DNA of 64,000 bases from assembly GCA_963817135.1 (NCBI GenBank), contig CAWFNG010000008.1, positions 99,095 to 163,094 of the forward strand, in the 5' to 3' direction. The translations under genes were made by a program, and so were the position numbers. The DNA comes from an uncultured Alphaproteobacteria bacterium (lineage in GTDB: Bacteria > Pseudomonadota > Alphaproteobacteria > Rhizobiales > Xanthobacteraceae). Under the pieces are notes generated by a model. That model was not told the origin of the DNA and did no database searches. It saw nothing but the letters and a program-made list of their open reading frames with translations. Below, in pieces: positions 9,951 to 18,397 of this stretch (the first letter of the stretch is position 1; the number at the start of each line of letters is the position of its first letter).

Positions 9951-10349
9951 TTAGGAGAGCAGGCGGACGGACTCGCCTTGCGTTTCCAGCAGCTTCACGG
10001 CCTTCTTGTCAAAGGAGACGAAGGTTTCCGCGCCGAGCCACTTGCCTTCGTAGGCAATGAGACCATCGGCGAAGTCACCGCCTGCATCGAGCAGTGCCAA
10101 TCCCGCCTCCACCGCGGGGCGGTTGACCACGACATTAGCACCATTGATCAAGCGACGGATCGCAGCCGCTATTTCGGCTGACGAGACCTTGTAGCCTTGC
10201 GAGAGCACCCAGACCAATTCGCAGAGTGCTGGTATCGCCAGCGCAACGATGTCCGCATTCGCCAGTTGCGTCTGCGCCATCCTGCTTTGTCGCGCGTCAT
10301 CTCCCATCATAGCCCGAACGAGGATGTTGGTGTCTGCGGTAATTTTCAT
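9951..10349 (-). CDS. vapC: type II toxin, PIN-domain ribonuclease VapC
   Basis: 132 aa starting MKITADTNILVRAMMGDD.. (PIN acidic residues). A 4-nt ATGA overlap links it to the upstream antitoxin ORF. Confidence 0.8.
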   Translation of the reverse strand: MKITADTNILVRAMMGDDARQSRMAQTQLANADIVALAIPALCELVWVLSQGYKVSSAEIAAAIRRLINGANVVVNRPAVEAGLALLDAGGDFADGLIAYEGKWLGAETFVSFDKKAVKLLETQGESVRLLS

Positions 10350-10597
10350 CGCCGGCCGGCCCAGCCGCGTCTGGTGATTTCATTTATTTGCTCGATCGAT
10401 AAGGAAGGGCGATTCGTCCTCTTAAAAATATCGAAGACGTCGGAAATCTTGCCAGTTGGCCGCGCCGCCCTGATTTCGATGCGACCGTCGGGGAGCCTAT
10501 GCACGGCGATTTTCCCGCCAGGCTGCACTCCCAGGTGTGCCAATAGCTCCTTGCGGAGGGTGACTTGTCCCTTTGCTGTGACGGTAAGCTCTTTCAT
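10346..10597 (-). CDS. vapB: type II antitoxin, AbrB/MazE/SpoVT-type (VapB)
   Basis: 83 aa. MKELTVTAKGQVTLRKELLAHLGV is the swapped-hairpin AbrB-like motif. Translationally coupled to vapC. Confidence 0.75.
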   Translation of the reverse strand: MKELTVTAKGQVTLRKELLAHLGVQPGGKIAVHRLPDGRIEIRAARPTGKISDVFDIFKRTNRPSLSIEQINEITRRGWAGRR

Positions 10598-10617
10598 GGC
10601 ACTACCTTAGGCCTATG

Positions 10618-10637
10618 TAAGGCAAAAATTCCTTACC
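10618..10637. promoter_or_regulatory. inverted repeat GTAAGG-N8-CCTTAC upstream of vapB, candidate autoregulation operator
   Basis: Read directly, 21 nt upstream of the vapB start. TA antitoxins usually bind palindromes in their own promoter. Confidence 0.3.
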
Positions 10638-10716
10638 TGCAAGGGCGACAACAGGTGGTGAAGCTGGTAGGCGTTTGGAGCAGTAGAAATACTGGAACTC
10701 CGGAAAGCTGCCTGGC

Positions 10717-11727
10717 GTGGCAATGCAATTCGCTACCGACGTGCAAGCAGGGATTGTTGCCGTCCTTTTCCGATCTCTGCTCGCGTCGACGCTCGTGCCG
10801 GCGGCCGGCATGGCGCAACCCGCAAGCACGCCGGCCGCAACGACTATCTGGACCGTTCCGGAAATCGGGGCATTGCCCGACGACGATTACGGCCGTCTGG
10901 TACGGCGCGGCCACGATTTGATCACCGCCACCTATGCCCATATCGGCCCGGAAGTTCCGGATGCTGCCAAGCGCTACGCCGGCAACAACCTTGCCTGCAG
11001 CAACTGCCATCTCCAGGCCGGCACCAAGAAGTTCGGACTGCCGATATTCGGTTTGTTTGATGAATTCCCCCGCTACAGCGTGCGCTCGGGAGCGGAAATC
11101 ACCATCGAGGATCGGGTCAACTCCTGCATGACCCGCAGCATGAACGGCCGTGCTTTGCCGCTGCAGGCGGCAGAAATGCAGGCATTCGTTGCTTACGTAA
11201 AATTTCTCTCAACCGGCGTTCCCGCAGGGCAGCAACTGCCCGGCCTCGGTGCGGGAAAAATGCCGGAGCTCGACCGCGCCGCCGAGCCTGCCCGCGGCGC
11301 CCCGATTTATGCGCGCACTTGTGCTGCGTGCCACGAATCGGACGGCGCGGGCGTGCGCCGCAGTCTGCCGACCGTCGATCTCGGCTATATGATTCCGCCG
11401 CTGTGGGGCTCCGACAGCTTCAACGATGGCGCCGGAATGATGCGGCTGATCAACGCCGCCAATTTCGTGCACTTCAACATGCCGCATGGCGCGGATTATC
11501 TGAATCCCCAGCTCAGCGCAGACGAGGCGTGGGACGTCGCCGCCTATATGGTCTCGCAGCCGCGTCCCCACAAAGAAGGCCTCGACCGCGATTATCCCGA
11601 CCTTCTGCAAAAACCGGTCGACACGCCCTATGGTCCCTATGCCGACGGCTTCAGCGAGCAGCAGCACAAGTATGGTCCATTCGCGCCGATCCGCGCTGCG
11701 CTGGCGCGTTTGAAGGCTGCCAAGTAG
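10717..11727 (+). CDS. dihaem c-type cytochrome, TsdA-like (thiosulfate dehydrogenase family)
   Basis: Two CxxCH motifs (CSNCH, CAACH), a signal peptide, and NSCMTRSMNG resembling the Cys-ligand region of TsdA. An alternative ATG lies at 10723. Confidence 0.65.
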   Translation: MAMQFATDVQAGIVAVLFRSLLASTLVPAAGMAQPASTPAATTIWTVPEIGALPDDDYGRLVRRGHDLITATYAHIGPEVPDAAKRYAGNNLACSNCHLQAGTKKFGLPIFGLFDEFPRYSVRSGAEITIEDRVNSCMTRSMNGRALPLQAAEMQAFVAYVKFLSTGVPAGQQLPGLGAGKMPELDRAAEPARGAPIYARTCAACHESDGAGVRRSLPTVDLGYMIPPLWGSDSFNDGAGMMRLINAANFVHFNMPHGADYLNPQLSADEAWDVAAYMVSQPRPHKEGLDRDYPDLLQKPVDTPYGPYADGFSEQQHKYGPFAPIRAALARLKAAK

Positions 11728-11736
11728 GCTCGTCCA

Positions 11737-14364
11737 TCACACCGGCTGCACAAAGCTGTCGACCACGCGCTTGTCGCCGGCGTGATCGAAGCGAACCGTG
11801 AGCTTGTTGCCGTCGATGGCGGTGACGTTGCCGTTGCCGAACTTCTGGTGAAACACCCGGTCGCCGATCGAATAATCGGAAATCGTGCCGGTCGATTTTG
11901 CCACCAATTCGCCTTCGATGGTGAGCGGCAGGCGCCGCCGGGATTTGCGACCCGCGCCGCTGGAATAGGGTTCGCTCGGCTCCTCGAAGCCGCCGCCGCG
12001 ATTCCCCTTGCGCTTGGCGCGCTGCCAGCCGGGCGTGGTGTAGCCGGAATCGAAATGCGTCATCTCGTCGAAGCGCGACGCGCCGACATTCCCATAACCG
12101 GAGAAGCCGCCGCTCGCCTCGGCCACTTCCACGTGCGCTTCCGGCAACTCGTCGAGAAAGCGCGAGGGAATGTTCGATGACCACAGCCCGTGCATGCGTC
12201 GGTTGGCGGCAAAATAGATTTTGACCCTGCGCCGCGCGCGGGTCAGTCCCACATGCGCCAAGCGCCGTTCCTCTTCGAGCCCGGCACGGCCTTGATCGTC
12301 CAATGCGCGCTGATGCGGGAACAACCCTTCCTCCCATCCGGGGAGAAAAACGGTATCAAACTCCAGACCCTTGGCGGAATGCAGCGTCATGATCGAGACC
12401 GCTTCCCCCTCGCTGCGGTCGCTGTCCATCACCAGTGAAATATGCTCGAGAAAGCCGGCAAGATTTTCAAACTCTTCCATGGAGCGTACCAGCTCCTTGA
12501 GGTTTTCCAGCCGGCCGGCAGCGTCGGCGCTGCGGTCCTTCTGCCACATCTCGGTATAGCCGGACTCATCGAGCACGATCTCGGCGAGTTCGGTGTGGGG
12601 AAGCGCATCCTTTTGCGCCCGCCAGCGGTCGAATGCCGCCAAAAGATCGCGCAGCGCCGTGCGCGCCTTCGGCTTGAGATCATCGCCGGCAATGACCGCA
12701 GCCGCTGCCGCGGTGAGCGGGATGCGACGCTTGCGCGCGTGATCGTGCAGCAGCTGGACGCTGGCATCTCCCAAGCCGCGCTTGGGCACGTTGACGATGC
12801 GCTCGAAGGCGAGGTCGTTGCTCGGCGAATGGATCACCCGCAAATAAGCCAAGGCATCACGAATCTCCTGGCGTTCGTAGAAACGCGGGCCGCCGATCAC
12901 GCGATAGGGCAGCCCCAGCGTGACGAAGCGGTCCTCGAACTCGCGCATCTGGAAGGATGCGCGCACCAGAATGGCAATTTCATCGAGGGGATGCTGATTG
13001 CCGCTGCCGTCATTCCTTTGCAGATGCTCGATCTCGTCGCCGATGGCGCGCGCTTCTTCCTCCGAATCCCAGCAGGACCTGACTTGCACCTTGTGGCCGG
13101 CCGCGTCCTCGGTGCGCAGCGTCTTGCCGAGGCGCCCTTCGTTGTGGGCGATGAGATGCGAAGCGGCGGCAAGAATATGCGCGGTCGATCGATAATTGCG
13201 CTCGAGCCGAATGATCTTGGCGCCAGGAAAGTCGTGCTCGAAGCGCAGAATGTTCTCCACTTCGGCGCCGCGCCATCCGTAGATCGACTGATCATCGTCG
13301 CCGACGCAGCAGATGTTCTTCAATGTCGGCGTCGCGTTTTTAGCAGAACCGGGAGACGGGCTCGTACCCTCTCCCCTTGCGGGAGAGGGTACCGAGCCGC
13401 CGACGCGGAGCGCAGGTGGCGAGGCCGGTGGGGGGTGACTTGGTGCGCCAATCGAGCGAATAGACCCCTCACCCGGCTCGCTTCGCTCGCCGCCCTCTCC
13501 CGCATGGGGAGAGGGTTTGGAGCCTGCGGCACCGCGCAGGCTCTCCGCACGCGGGCTCTGCCCCAACAGGCGCAGCCACAGATACTGCGCGACATTGGTG
13601 TCCTGATATTCGTCAACCAGAATGTATTTGAACCGCCCTTGATATTGGCGGAGCACCTCGCTCTGCTCGCGAAACAGTCGGATGCATTCGAGCAGCAAAT
13701 CGCCGAAATCGGCAGCATTGAGCACTTTCAGGCGATCCTGATAGGCGGCATAGAGCTTCCTGCCTTTGCCGGCAGCAAAGATTGCCGACTCGCCCGCCGT
13801 TACCTGATCCGGCATGAGGCCGCGGTTCTTCCAGCTGTCAATCAGGCCGGCGAGCACGCGCGCCGGCCAACGCTTCTCGTCGATGTGCTCCGCCTCCAGC
13901 ACCTGCTTGAGCAGTCGATGCTGGTCGTCGGTATCGAGGATGGTGAAGTCGGGCTTGCGGCCGATCAATTCGGCATGTCGGCGCAGAATTTTTGCCCCGA
14001 TGGAATGGAAGGTGCCAAGCCACGGCATGCCCTCGACGATTTGCCCGACCATGAGGCCGACGCGGGTTTTCATTTCGCGCGCCGCTTTGTTGGTAAAGGT
14101 GACGGCGAGAATGTCGCCCGGCCACGCCCGCCCGGTCGCGAGGATATGCGCCACGCGCGTGGTGAGGACGCGCGTCTTGCCGGTCCCGGCGCCGGCGAGG
14201 ACCAGGACCGGCCCTTCGAGCGTCTCGACCGCAAGCCGCTGCTCCGGGTTGAGATCTTTGAGGTAAGGCGCGCCTGCCGCCGCGCGCGCACGGGCGGCGA
14301 TCCCGCCGGCATTTGCGGCAGGTGGCGGCACTTCGTTCCGTTTGGCTGACGACTGGTCGGGCAT
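11737..14364 (-). CDS. uvrD: UvrD/PcrA/Rep-family ATP-dependent DNA helicase (DNA helicase II)
   Basis: 875 aa with motifs AGAGTGKTRVLT, VDEYQDT, GDDDQSIYGWRGAEV, TLHSAKGLEF and VGLTRAR, plus a Tudor-like C-terminal tail. It carries an extra ~80-codon insert between motifs II and III. Confidence 0.9.
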   Translation of the reverse strand: MPDQSSAKRNEVPPPAANAGGIAARARAAAGAPYLKDLNPEQRLAVETLEGPVLVLAGAGTGKTRVLTTRVAHILATGRAWPGDILAVTFTNKAAREMKTRVGLMVGQIVEGMPWLGTFHSIGAKILRRHAELIGRKPDFTILDTDDQHRLLKQVLEAEHIDEKRWPARVLAGLIDSWKNRGLMPDQVTAGESAIFAAGKGRKLYAAYQDRLKVLNAADFGDLLLECIRLFREQSEVLRQYQGRFKYILVDEYQDTNVAQYLWLRLLGQSPRAESLRGAAGSKPSPHAGEGGERSEPGEGSIRSIGAPSHPPPASPPALRVGGSVPSPARGEGTSPSPGSAKNATPTLKNICCVGDDDQSIYGWRGAEVENILRFEHDFPGAKIIRLERNYRSTAHILAAASHLIAHNEGRLGKTLRTEDAAGHKVQVRSCWDSEEEARAIGDEIEHLQRNDGSGNQHPLDEIAILVRASFQMREFEDRFVTLGLPYRVIGGPRFYERQEIRDALAYLRVIHSPSNDLAFERIVNVPKRGLGDASVQLLHDHARKRRIPLTAAAAAVIAGDDLKPKARTALRDLLAAFDRWRAQKDALPHTELAEIVLDESGYTEMWQKDRSADAAGRLENLKELVRSMEEFENLAGFLEHISLVMDSDRSEGEAVSIMTLHSAKGLEFDTVFLPGWEEGLFPHQRALDDQGRAGLEEERRLAHVGLTRARRRVKIYFAANRRMHGLWSSNIPSRFLDELPEAHVEVAEASGGFSGYGNVGASRFDEMTHFDSGYTTPGWQRAKRKGNRGGGFEEPSEPYSSGAGRKSRRRLPLTIEGELVAKSTGTISDYSIGDRVFHQKFGNGNVTAIDGNKLTVRFDHAGDKRVVDSFVQPV
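13321..13562. repeat. palindromic repeat units translated in frame inside uvrD
   Basis: GTACCCTCTCCC-cttgc-GGGAGAGGGTAC (13364-13392) and CCCTCTCCC-gcatg-GGGAGAGGG (13493-13515). They encode ..SPHAGEGGERSEPGEG..SPARGEGTSPSPG.. between WLRLLGQ and KNICCVGDDDQ. Confidence 0.6.
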
Positions 14365-14456
14365 TTAACGACACCAATGGTGCGGCCACGAATTGCTTGC
14401 GAATCTCGGGGTTAAGATGGCATTGGCCGCGGCCAATGGGGAGGGGTAAATGCCGG

Positions 14457-14969
14457 CTAATAGGTGTTCCCCGGCATTGCTATGCGCCGGCCGGCGGCTT
14501 CCGGGCGCGGCAGTCTCGAATGCGTGGCCTTCATGTGGGCGAGCGCCGACGCAACCGTGTCGGGAAACGGTACGGCGCGCCTCGCCTGCATGTCCACATG
14601 CAGCGACATGTTCTCCGAGGTTGCCGAAACCCAGCCCTCGGTGGCGTGAAACAACTGCTCGAAATAGTGCATGCGCTTGGCGTCGAAATCGATGAGCTGA
14701 AGCGTGACCCTTACCGGGTCTTCGGCATGTAGCTCGCGCAGATAGCGCACGTGCACTTCGGCGGTGAAACAGGAATGCCTGCGCTGCCGGACGTAATCGA
14801 GCCCGCATCCGAGCAACTCGAACACTTCGTCGACCGCACGATCGAACAGCACGTTGTAGTAGGCCATGTTGAGATGGCCGTTGTAATCAATCCAGGCGGG
14901 CTCGACCCGCATTACCGAGGAGACGAACGGGGCAAAGAACAGCGGTTCCAATTCGAGCCGGTCGAGCAT
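14457..14969 (-). CDS. acyl-CoA thioesterase, hotdog fold (4HBT family)
   Basis: 170 aa. ..VEPAWIDYNGHLNMAYYNVLFD.. is typical of YbgC/4HBT-type thioesterases. Confidence 0.7.
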   Translation of the reverse strand: MLDRLELEPLFFAPFVSSVMRVEPAWIDYNGHLNMAYYNVLFDRAVDEVFELLGCGLDYVRQRRHSCFTAEVHVRYLRELHAEDPVRVTLQLIDFDAKRMHYFEQLFHATEGWVSATSENMSLHVDMQARRAVPFPDTVASALAHMKATHSRLPRPEAAGRRIAMPGNTY

Positions 14970-15114
14970 CGCTGGCCTTTTATAGCAGAGGAAAATGACT
15001 CTCCTGCATCATCCGCGCGGTACGACGGGGAGGCGGCGCGACGCTTGACCCTTGCACAGCGTCTGGTCCCTGCCCATTTCCCCGGCATCGTGCCGGAGTC
15101 TTTAAAGCGCGCCC

Positions 15115-16554
15115 ATGGTCAGTGTGAGCTGGTTGCCGCCGATCTTCGCCCAGGCATCGGAGCGGCTTATGGGCACGATCGGCGAATTTGCCGGCGGCGC
15201 TACGCTTTGGCTTGCCGTGACGGGGCTTAGCCGATCGGGCAAGACCGTTTTCGTCACCAGCCTCATCCACAATCTGCTCAGCGCGCTGCACAATCCGCAC
15301 CGTATGCCGCTCCTTTCGGTGGTCAACGAGGGTCGCCTGATCGCCGCCACGCTGGAGGGCGCCAAGGCGCAGCGACTGCCGCGATTTCCCTATTTCAAGA
15401 ACATCGAGAAAATGGCGGGACCGCTGCCGGATTGGCCGGCAGGTACCGCGGATATCAGCGAGCTTGGTCTCGAAATCCGTTTCACTCCCGCCAATCCCGT
15501 CGGAAGATTTCTCAGCGAGATTACCGGAACGCCGGCCAGCCTGACCGTCAGGATCGTCGATTATCCCGGCGAATGGCTGCTCGACCTTCCTTTACTGGAG
15601 CAAAGTTATGCCGAATGGTCGGCGGCGACGCTGCCGATGTTTCGCAATGGCGCGCGCTCCATGATCGCCGGCGACTTCTTGAGCTTCATCGGCCAGCATC
15701 CGTGCGCGGAGCCCGCGAGCGAAGAGGTCGCCAAGCAAGCGCATGATCTTTTTCGCGCGTGCCTGTTCAAGGCGCGCGATCAATACGGACTGAGCTATCT
15801 CCAGCCCGGACGTTTTCTGTGCCAGGGATCGCTGGCCGATGCGCCGTATCTCTGGTTCGCGCCAATCGATGTGGCAAGCGAAGGCGCCGCGGTCGCGCCG
15901 CATACGCTCGGCGCCCTCATGGCCGAGCGATTTGAGGTCTATAAGCGCGAAGTGATAGGGCGATTTTATGAGGACTATTTCCACCGCTATTCGCGGCAGA
16001 TCGTGCTGGTGGACGTGCTGCAAGCGTTATTGGCCGGTCAGGAGGCCTTCGAGGATACGCGGCTGGCGCTCGCTGCCATGATCAAGAGCTTCCGTTACGG
16101 GCACGGCAGCATTCTCGCCAAAATGCTGCGCGGCCCGCACATCGATCGCGTCATGTTTGCCGCCACAAAAGCCGACCATGTCCCGGACATTCAGCGTGAT
16201 CATCTCGCAGCGCTCCTGCGCAATATGGCTGCACTTTCCACCATCGACGTGCGAAGCAGCAATGCGCAGCTTGATGTTGCGGCGGTTGCCGCGGTGATTG
16301 CCACCGAAGAGGACACGCAGGAGATCGATGGCCAGCGCGTCCAGGTGGTTGTCGGACGCCCGGTGGGTGCAAACAAGAGATCGAAATTTTTCGTCGGCAA
16401 TGTGCCGATCAGACCACCGCGAGTCTGGGGCTCGCCGTTCCTCAATGTTCCGGTATTCGAGCCACCTCCCATCGATCCCTCCCCGGTCGATGGCATCGCC
16501 CATATCAACCTCGATCTCGCGCTTGAATTCCTGCTGGGAGACCGCCTGCGATGA
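15115..16554 (+). CDS. ycjX: YcjX-like P-loop NTPase
   Basis: LAVTGLSRSGKTVFVTSLIHNLL Walker A in the typical YcjX context. Followed by ycjF with an ATGA overlap. An alternative start lies at 15169. Confidence 0.8.
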   Translation: MVSVSWLPPIFAQASERLMGTIGEFAGGATLWLAVTGLSRSGKTVFVTSLIHNLLSALHNPHRMPLLSVVNEGRLIAATLEGAKAQRLPRFPYFKNIEKMAGPLPDWPAGTADISELGLEIRFTPANPVGRFLSEITGTPASLTVRIVDYPGEWLLDLPLLEQSYAEWSAATLPMFRNGARSMIAGDFLSFIGQHPCAEPASEEVAKQAHDLFRACLFKARDQYGLSYLQPGRFLCQGSLADAPYLWFAPIDVASEGAAVAPHTLGALMAERFEVYKREVIGRFYEDYFHRYSRQIVLVDVLQALLAGQEAFEDTRLALAAMIKSFRYGHGSILAKMLRGPHIDRVMFAATKADHVPDIQRDHLAALLRNMAALSTIDVRSSNAQLDVAAVAAVIATEEDTQEIDGQRVQVVVGRPVGANKRSKFFVGNVPIRPPRVWGSPFLNVPVFEPPPIDPSPVDGIAHINLDLALEFLLGDRLR

Positions 16555-17621
16555 GCGACCTTGCGTATAACGATGGCGCGGCCGGGTTGCGGCCGCGGGT
16601 GACGGAAGCGGAGGGGACTGCGGAGCAGCCGTTGCCGCGTTCCGCAGTCCCGCAAGTCTTTGCCACCGACGAAATTGAGCCGGTGCTCCCGAGAGAAATC
16701 CGGACACAAGAAATCCGGACACCGCAGCAACTGCAAAGTCCGCCCAATCGCGACCGATTCATCACTCTGGGGGTCGGCGGTATCGCCGTGTTCTTCATCG
16801 GCTGGCTTATGATCGACGCAGCCGCATGGGTCTCCGCCGCATTTGAACGCAGCCTTGTGCTGGGACTATTCGCCGCTGCCGTGGTAGGCGCCGGAGTTGC
16901 CGGCGCGGGGCTGGTCTCTGCCCGCGAGGCGATAAGCCTCTTTCGGCTGAAGAACGTCGAGACAATTCGCCGACGCCTTGCAGATGAGTGCCTCGCGCCG
17001 GCCGAGGCGCGCCAATCGATTGCACAGATTATCGCAATGATTCCGCACGAAAGCGCGGTGAATACCGCACTGCAATCGTTTCAGCGTCAGGTTCAGCTGC
17101 ATCATGACCGGGACCAGCAGATCGCGCTTTTCTCGCGCGGCGTGCTGCAGCCGCTCGACCGCCGTGCCGAGGGCCATGTGCGCACCGCCGTTCTGCGCGC
17201 CTTCGGCATTACTGCCATCAGCCCCACGGCCTTGACCGACGCGGTGTTCTTTCTTGCCTGCGGCGTGCGCATGGTGCGGGCAATCGCGACAGAATACGGA
17301 CACCGGCCGACGGCTGCCGCAACCCTCCACCTGTTGCGGCGCCTCGTTTTCGAGGCCGGCAAGCTCGGTGCGATCGACATTGCCAGCGCCTCGGTGGTGC
17401 AGCATCTCGGAGGTGCGGTGACGGAACGTTTTGCCAGCACCACCGCCGAGGCTCTCTATGCCGCCTATCGCATGGCGCGGTTGGGCATCATTGTCATGGA
17501 CCTGTGCCGCCCGATTGCATTTGCCCGGGAGGAAATACCAAGCGTCGGCTCTCTGGTGGCAAATGTCCTGCGGCGTCGTAAGCAATCCCAGCCTGCTCTT
17601 GGCCCCCGGAACCCCGATTAA
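16551..17621 (+). CDS. ycjF: YcjF-like membrane protein (DUF697/TIGR01620)
   Basis: Translationally coupled to ycjX. Central TM pair (ITLGVGGIAVFFIGWLMIDAAAWV..LGLFAAAVVGAGVAGAGLV). Confidence 0.7.
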   Translation: MSDLAYNDGAAGLRPRVTEAEGTAEQPLPRSAVPQVFATDEIEPVLPREIRTQEIRTPQQLQSPPNRDRFITLGVGGIAVFFIGWLMIDAAAWVSAAFERSLVLGLFAAAVVGAGVAGAGLVSAREAISLFRLKNVETIRRRLADECLAPAEARQSIAQIIAMIPHESAVNTALQSFQRQVQLHHDRDQQIALFSRGVLQPLDRRAEGHVRTAVLRAFGITAISPTALTDAVFFLACGVRMVRAIATEYGHRPTAAATLHLLRRLVFEAGKLGAIDIASASVVQHLGGAVTERFASTTAEALYAAYRMARLGIIVMDLCRPIAFAREEIPSVGSLVANVLRRRKQSQPALGPRNPD

Positions 17622-17698
17622 AAATTCGGTGAGGCGCCGGGGAACCTTTTTCAAGCTGCGGCAGTTTAGTGATCGGGACGTGACATAGGGGATAAGCA

Positions 17699-18313
17699 AT
17701 GGGTGTTGCCTTCTCCCGGACGGGATCGGTCGCCCGATCGGCTGCGACACTGGCGGCTGCGGAAGTTTCATCAGATCAGGCCTTGATGGTGCGAATTGCG
17801 GGCGGCGACCGGCTCGCGATGCAAACCCTGTTTGCCCGCCATCGGACCTCGCTCTACCGCTGGCTTGTGCGCCTGACCGGCGACGGCGCCTTGGCGGAAG
17901 ATCTCTTGAGCGAGGTCTTCCTCGACGTCTGGCGGCAAGCCGGCCGCTTCAGGGCGCATTGCTCGGTTTCGACTTGGCTGTTCGCAGTCGGCCGGTACAA
18001 GGCGCTTTCGGCAAGGCGCCGGCGCAGCGACGCCCCGCTCGATGCGGCGCTCGCGCAAAGCGTGCCCGATCCGCTCGACAATCCGGAGATCACGCTGGAA
18101 AAGAAAAGCCGAGGCGAGCTGCTGGCGCGATGCCTGGCCAAGCTGTCGCGCGAGCATCGCGAAGTCCTGGACCTCGTCTATTATCACGGCAAATCAGTCA
18201 AGGAAGTTTCCGAGATCGTGGGCGCCGGTGAGGCCACCGTGAAGACCCGCATGTTTTACGCGCGCAAGAAGCTCGCTGAACTGGTCAATGAGTCGCAAGG
18301 CCTTGCTGCCTAA
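17699..18313 (+). CDS. ECF-type RNA polymerase sigma-70 family factor
   Basis: Region 2 (DLLSEVFLDVWRQAGRF..STWLFAVGRYKAL) and region 4 (REVLDLVYYHGKSVKEVSEIVGAGEATVKTRMFYARKKL). Confidence 0.85.
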   Translation: MGVAFSRTGSVARSAATLAAAEVSSDQALMVRIAGGDRLAMQTLFARHRTSLYRWLVRLTGDGALAEDLLSEVFLDVWRQAGRFRAHCSVSTWLFAVGRYKALSARRRRSDAPLDAALAQSVPDPLDNPEITLEKKSRGELLARCLAKLSREHREVLDLVYYHGKSVKEVSEIVGAGEATVKTRMFYARKKLAELVNESQGLAA

Positions 18314-18397
18314 AGTCGAGTGAGAATGCCGCAAATCGGGCTGCTCCCTTCCGACAGGGTTGGGAAAGAGGGGCCTTATTGCTAAGCTTCTGGCGGC

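Noticed and set aside
9834-9951. Inverted repeat GCCCGGATGA..TCATCCGGGGC after the lipoprotein gene, as a further mobile element.
   Set aside because: There is a single short copy in the window. It probably acts simply as a terminator-like hairpin between convergent genes, and the evidence is not enough for a repeat-family call.
12442-14349. Very long ORFs antisense to confirmed genes, for example 12442-14349(+), 5635-6651(+), 37125-38342(-), 39651-40667(-), 44864-45895(-), 45965-47137(+), 50048-51241(-) and 53644-54585(-).
   Set aside because: These are typical high-GC shadow ORFs. Their translations are Arg/Ala/Gly/Pro-rich with no motifs. The opposite strand in each case carries unmistakable family signatures such as helicase motifs, AHAS, KARI and MetE-like.
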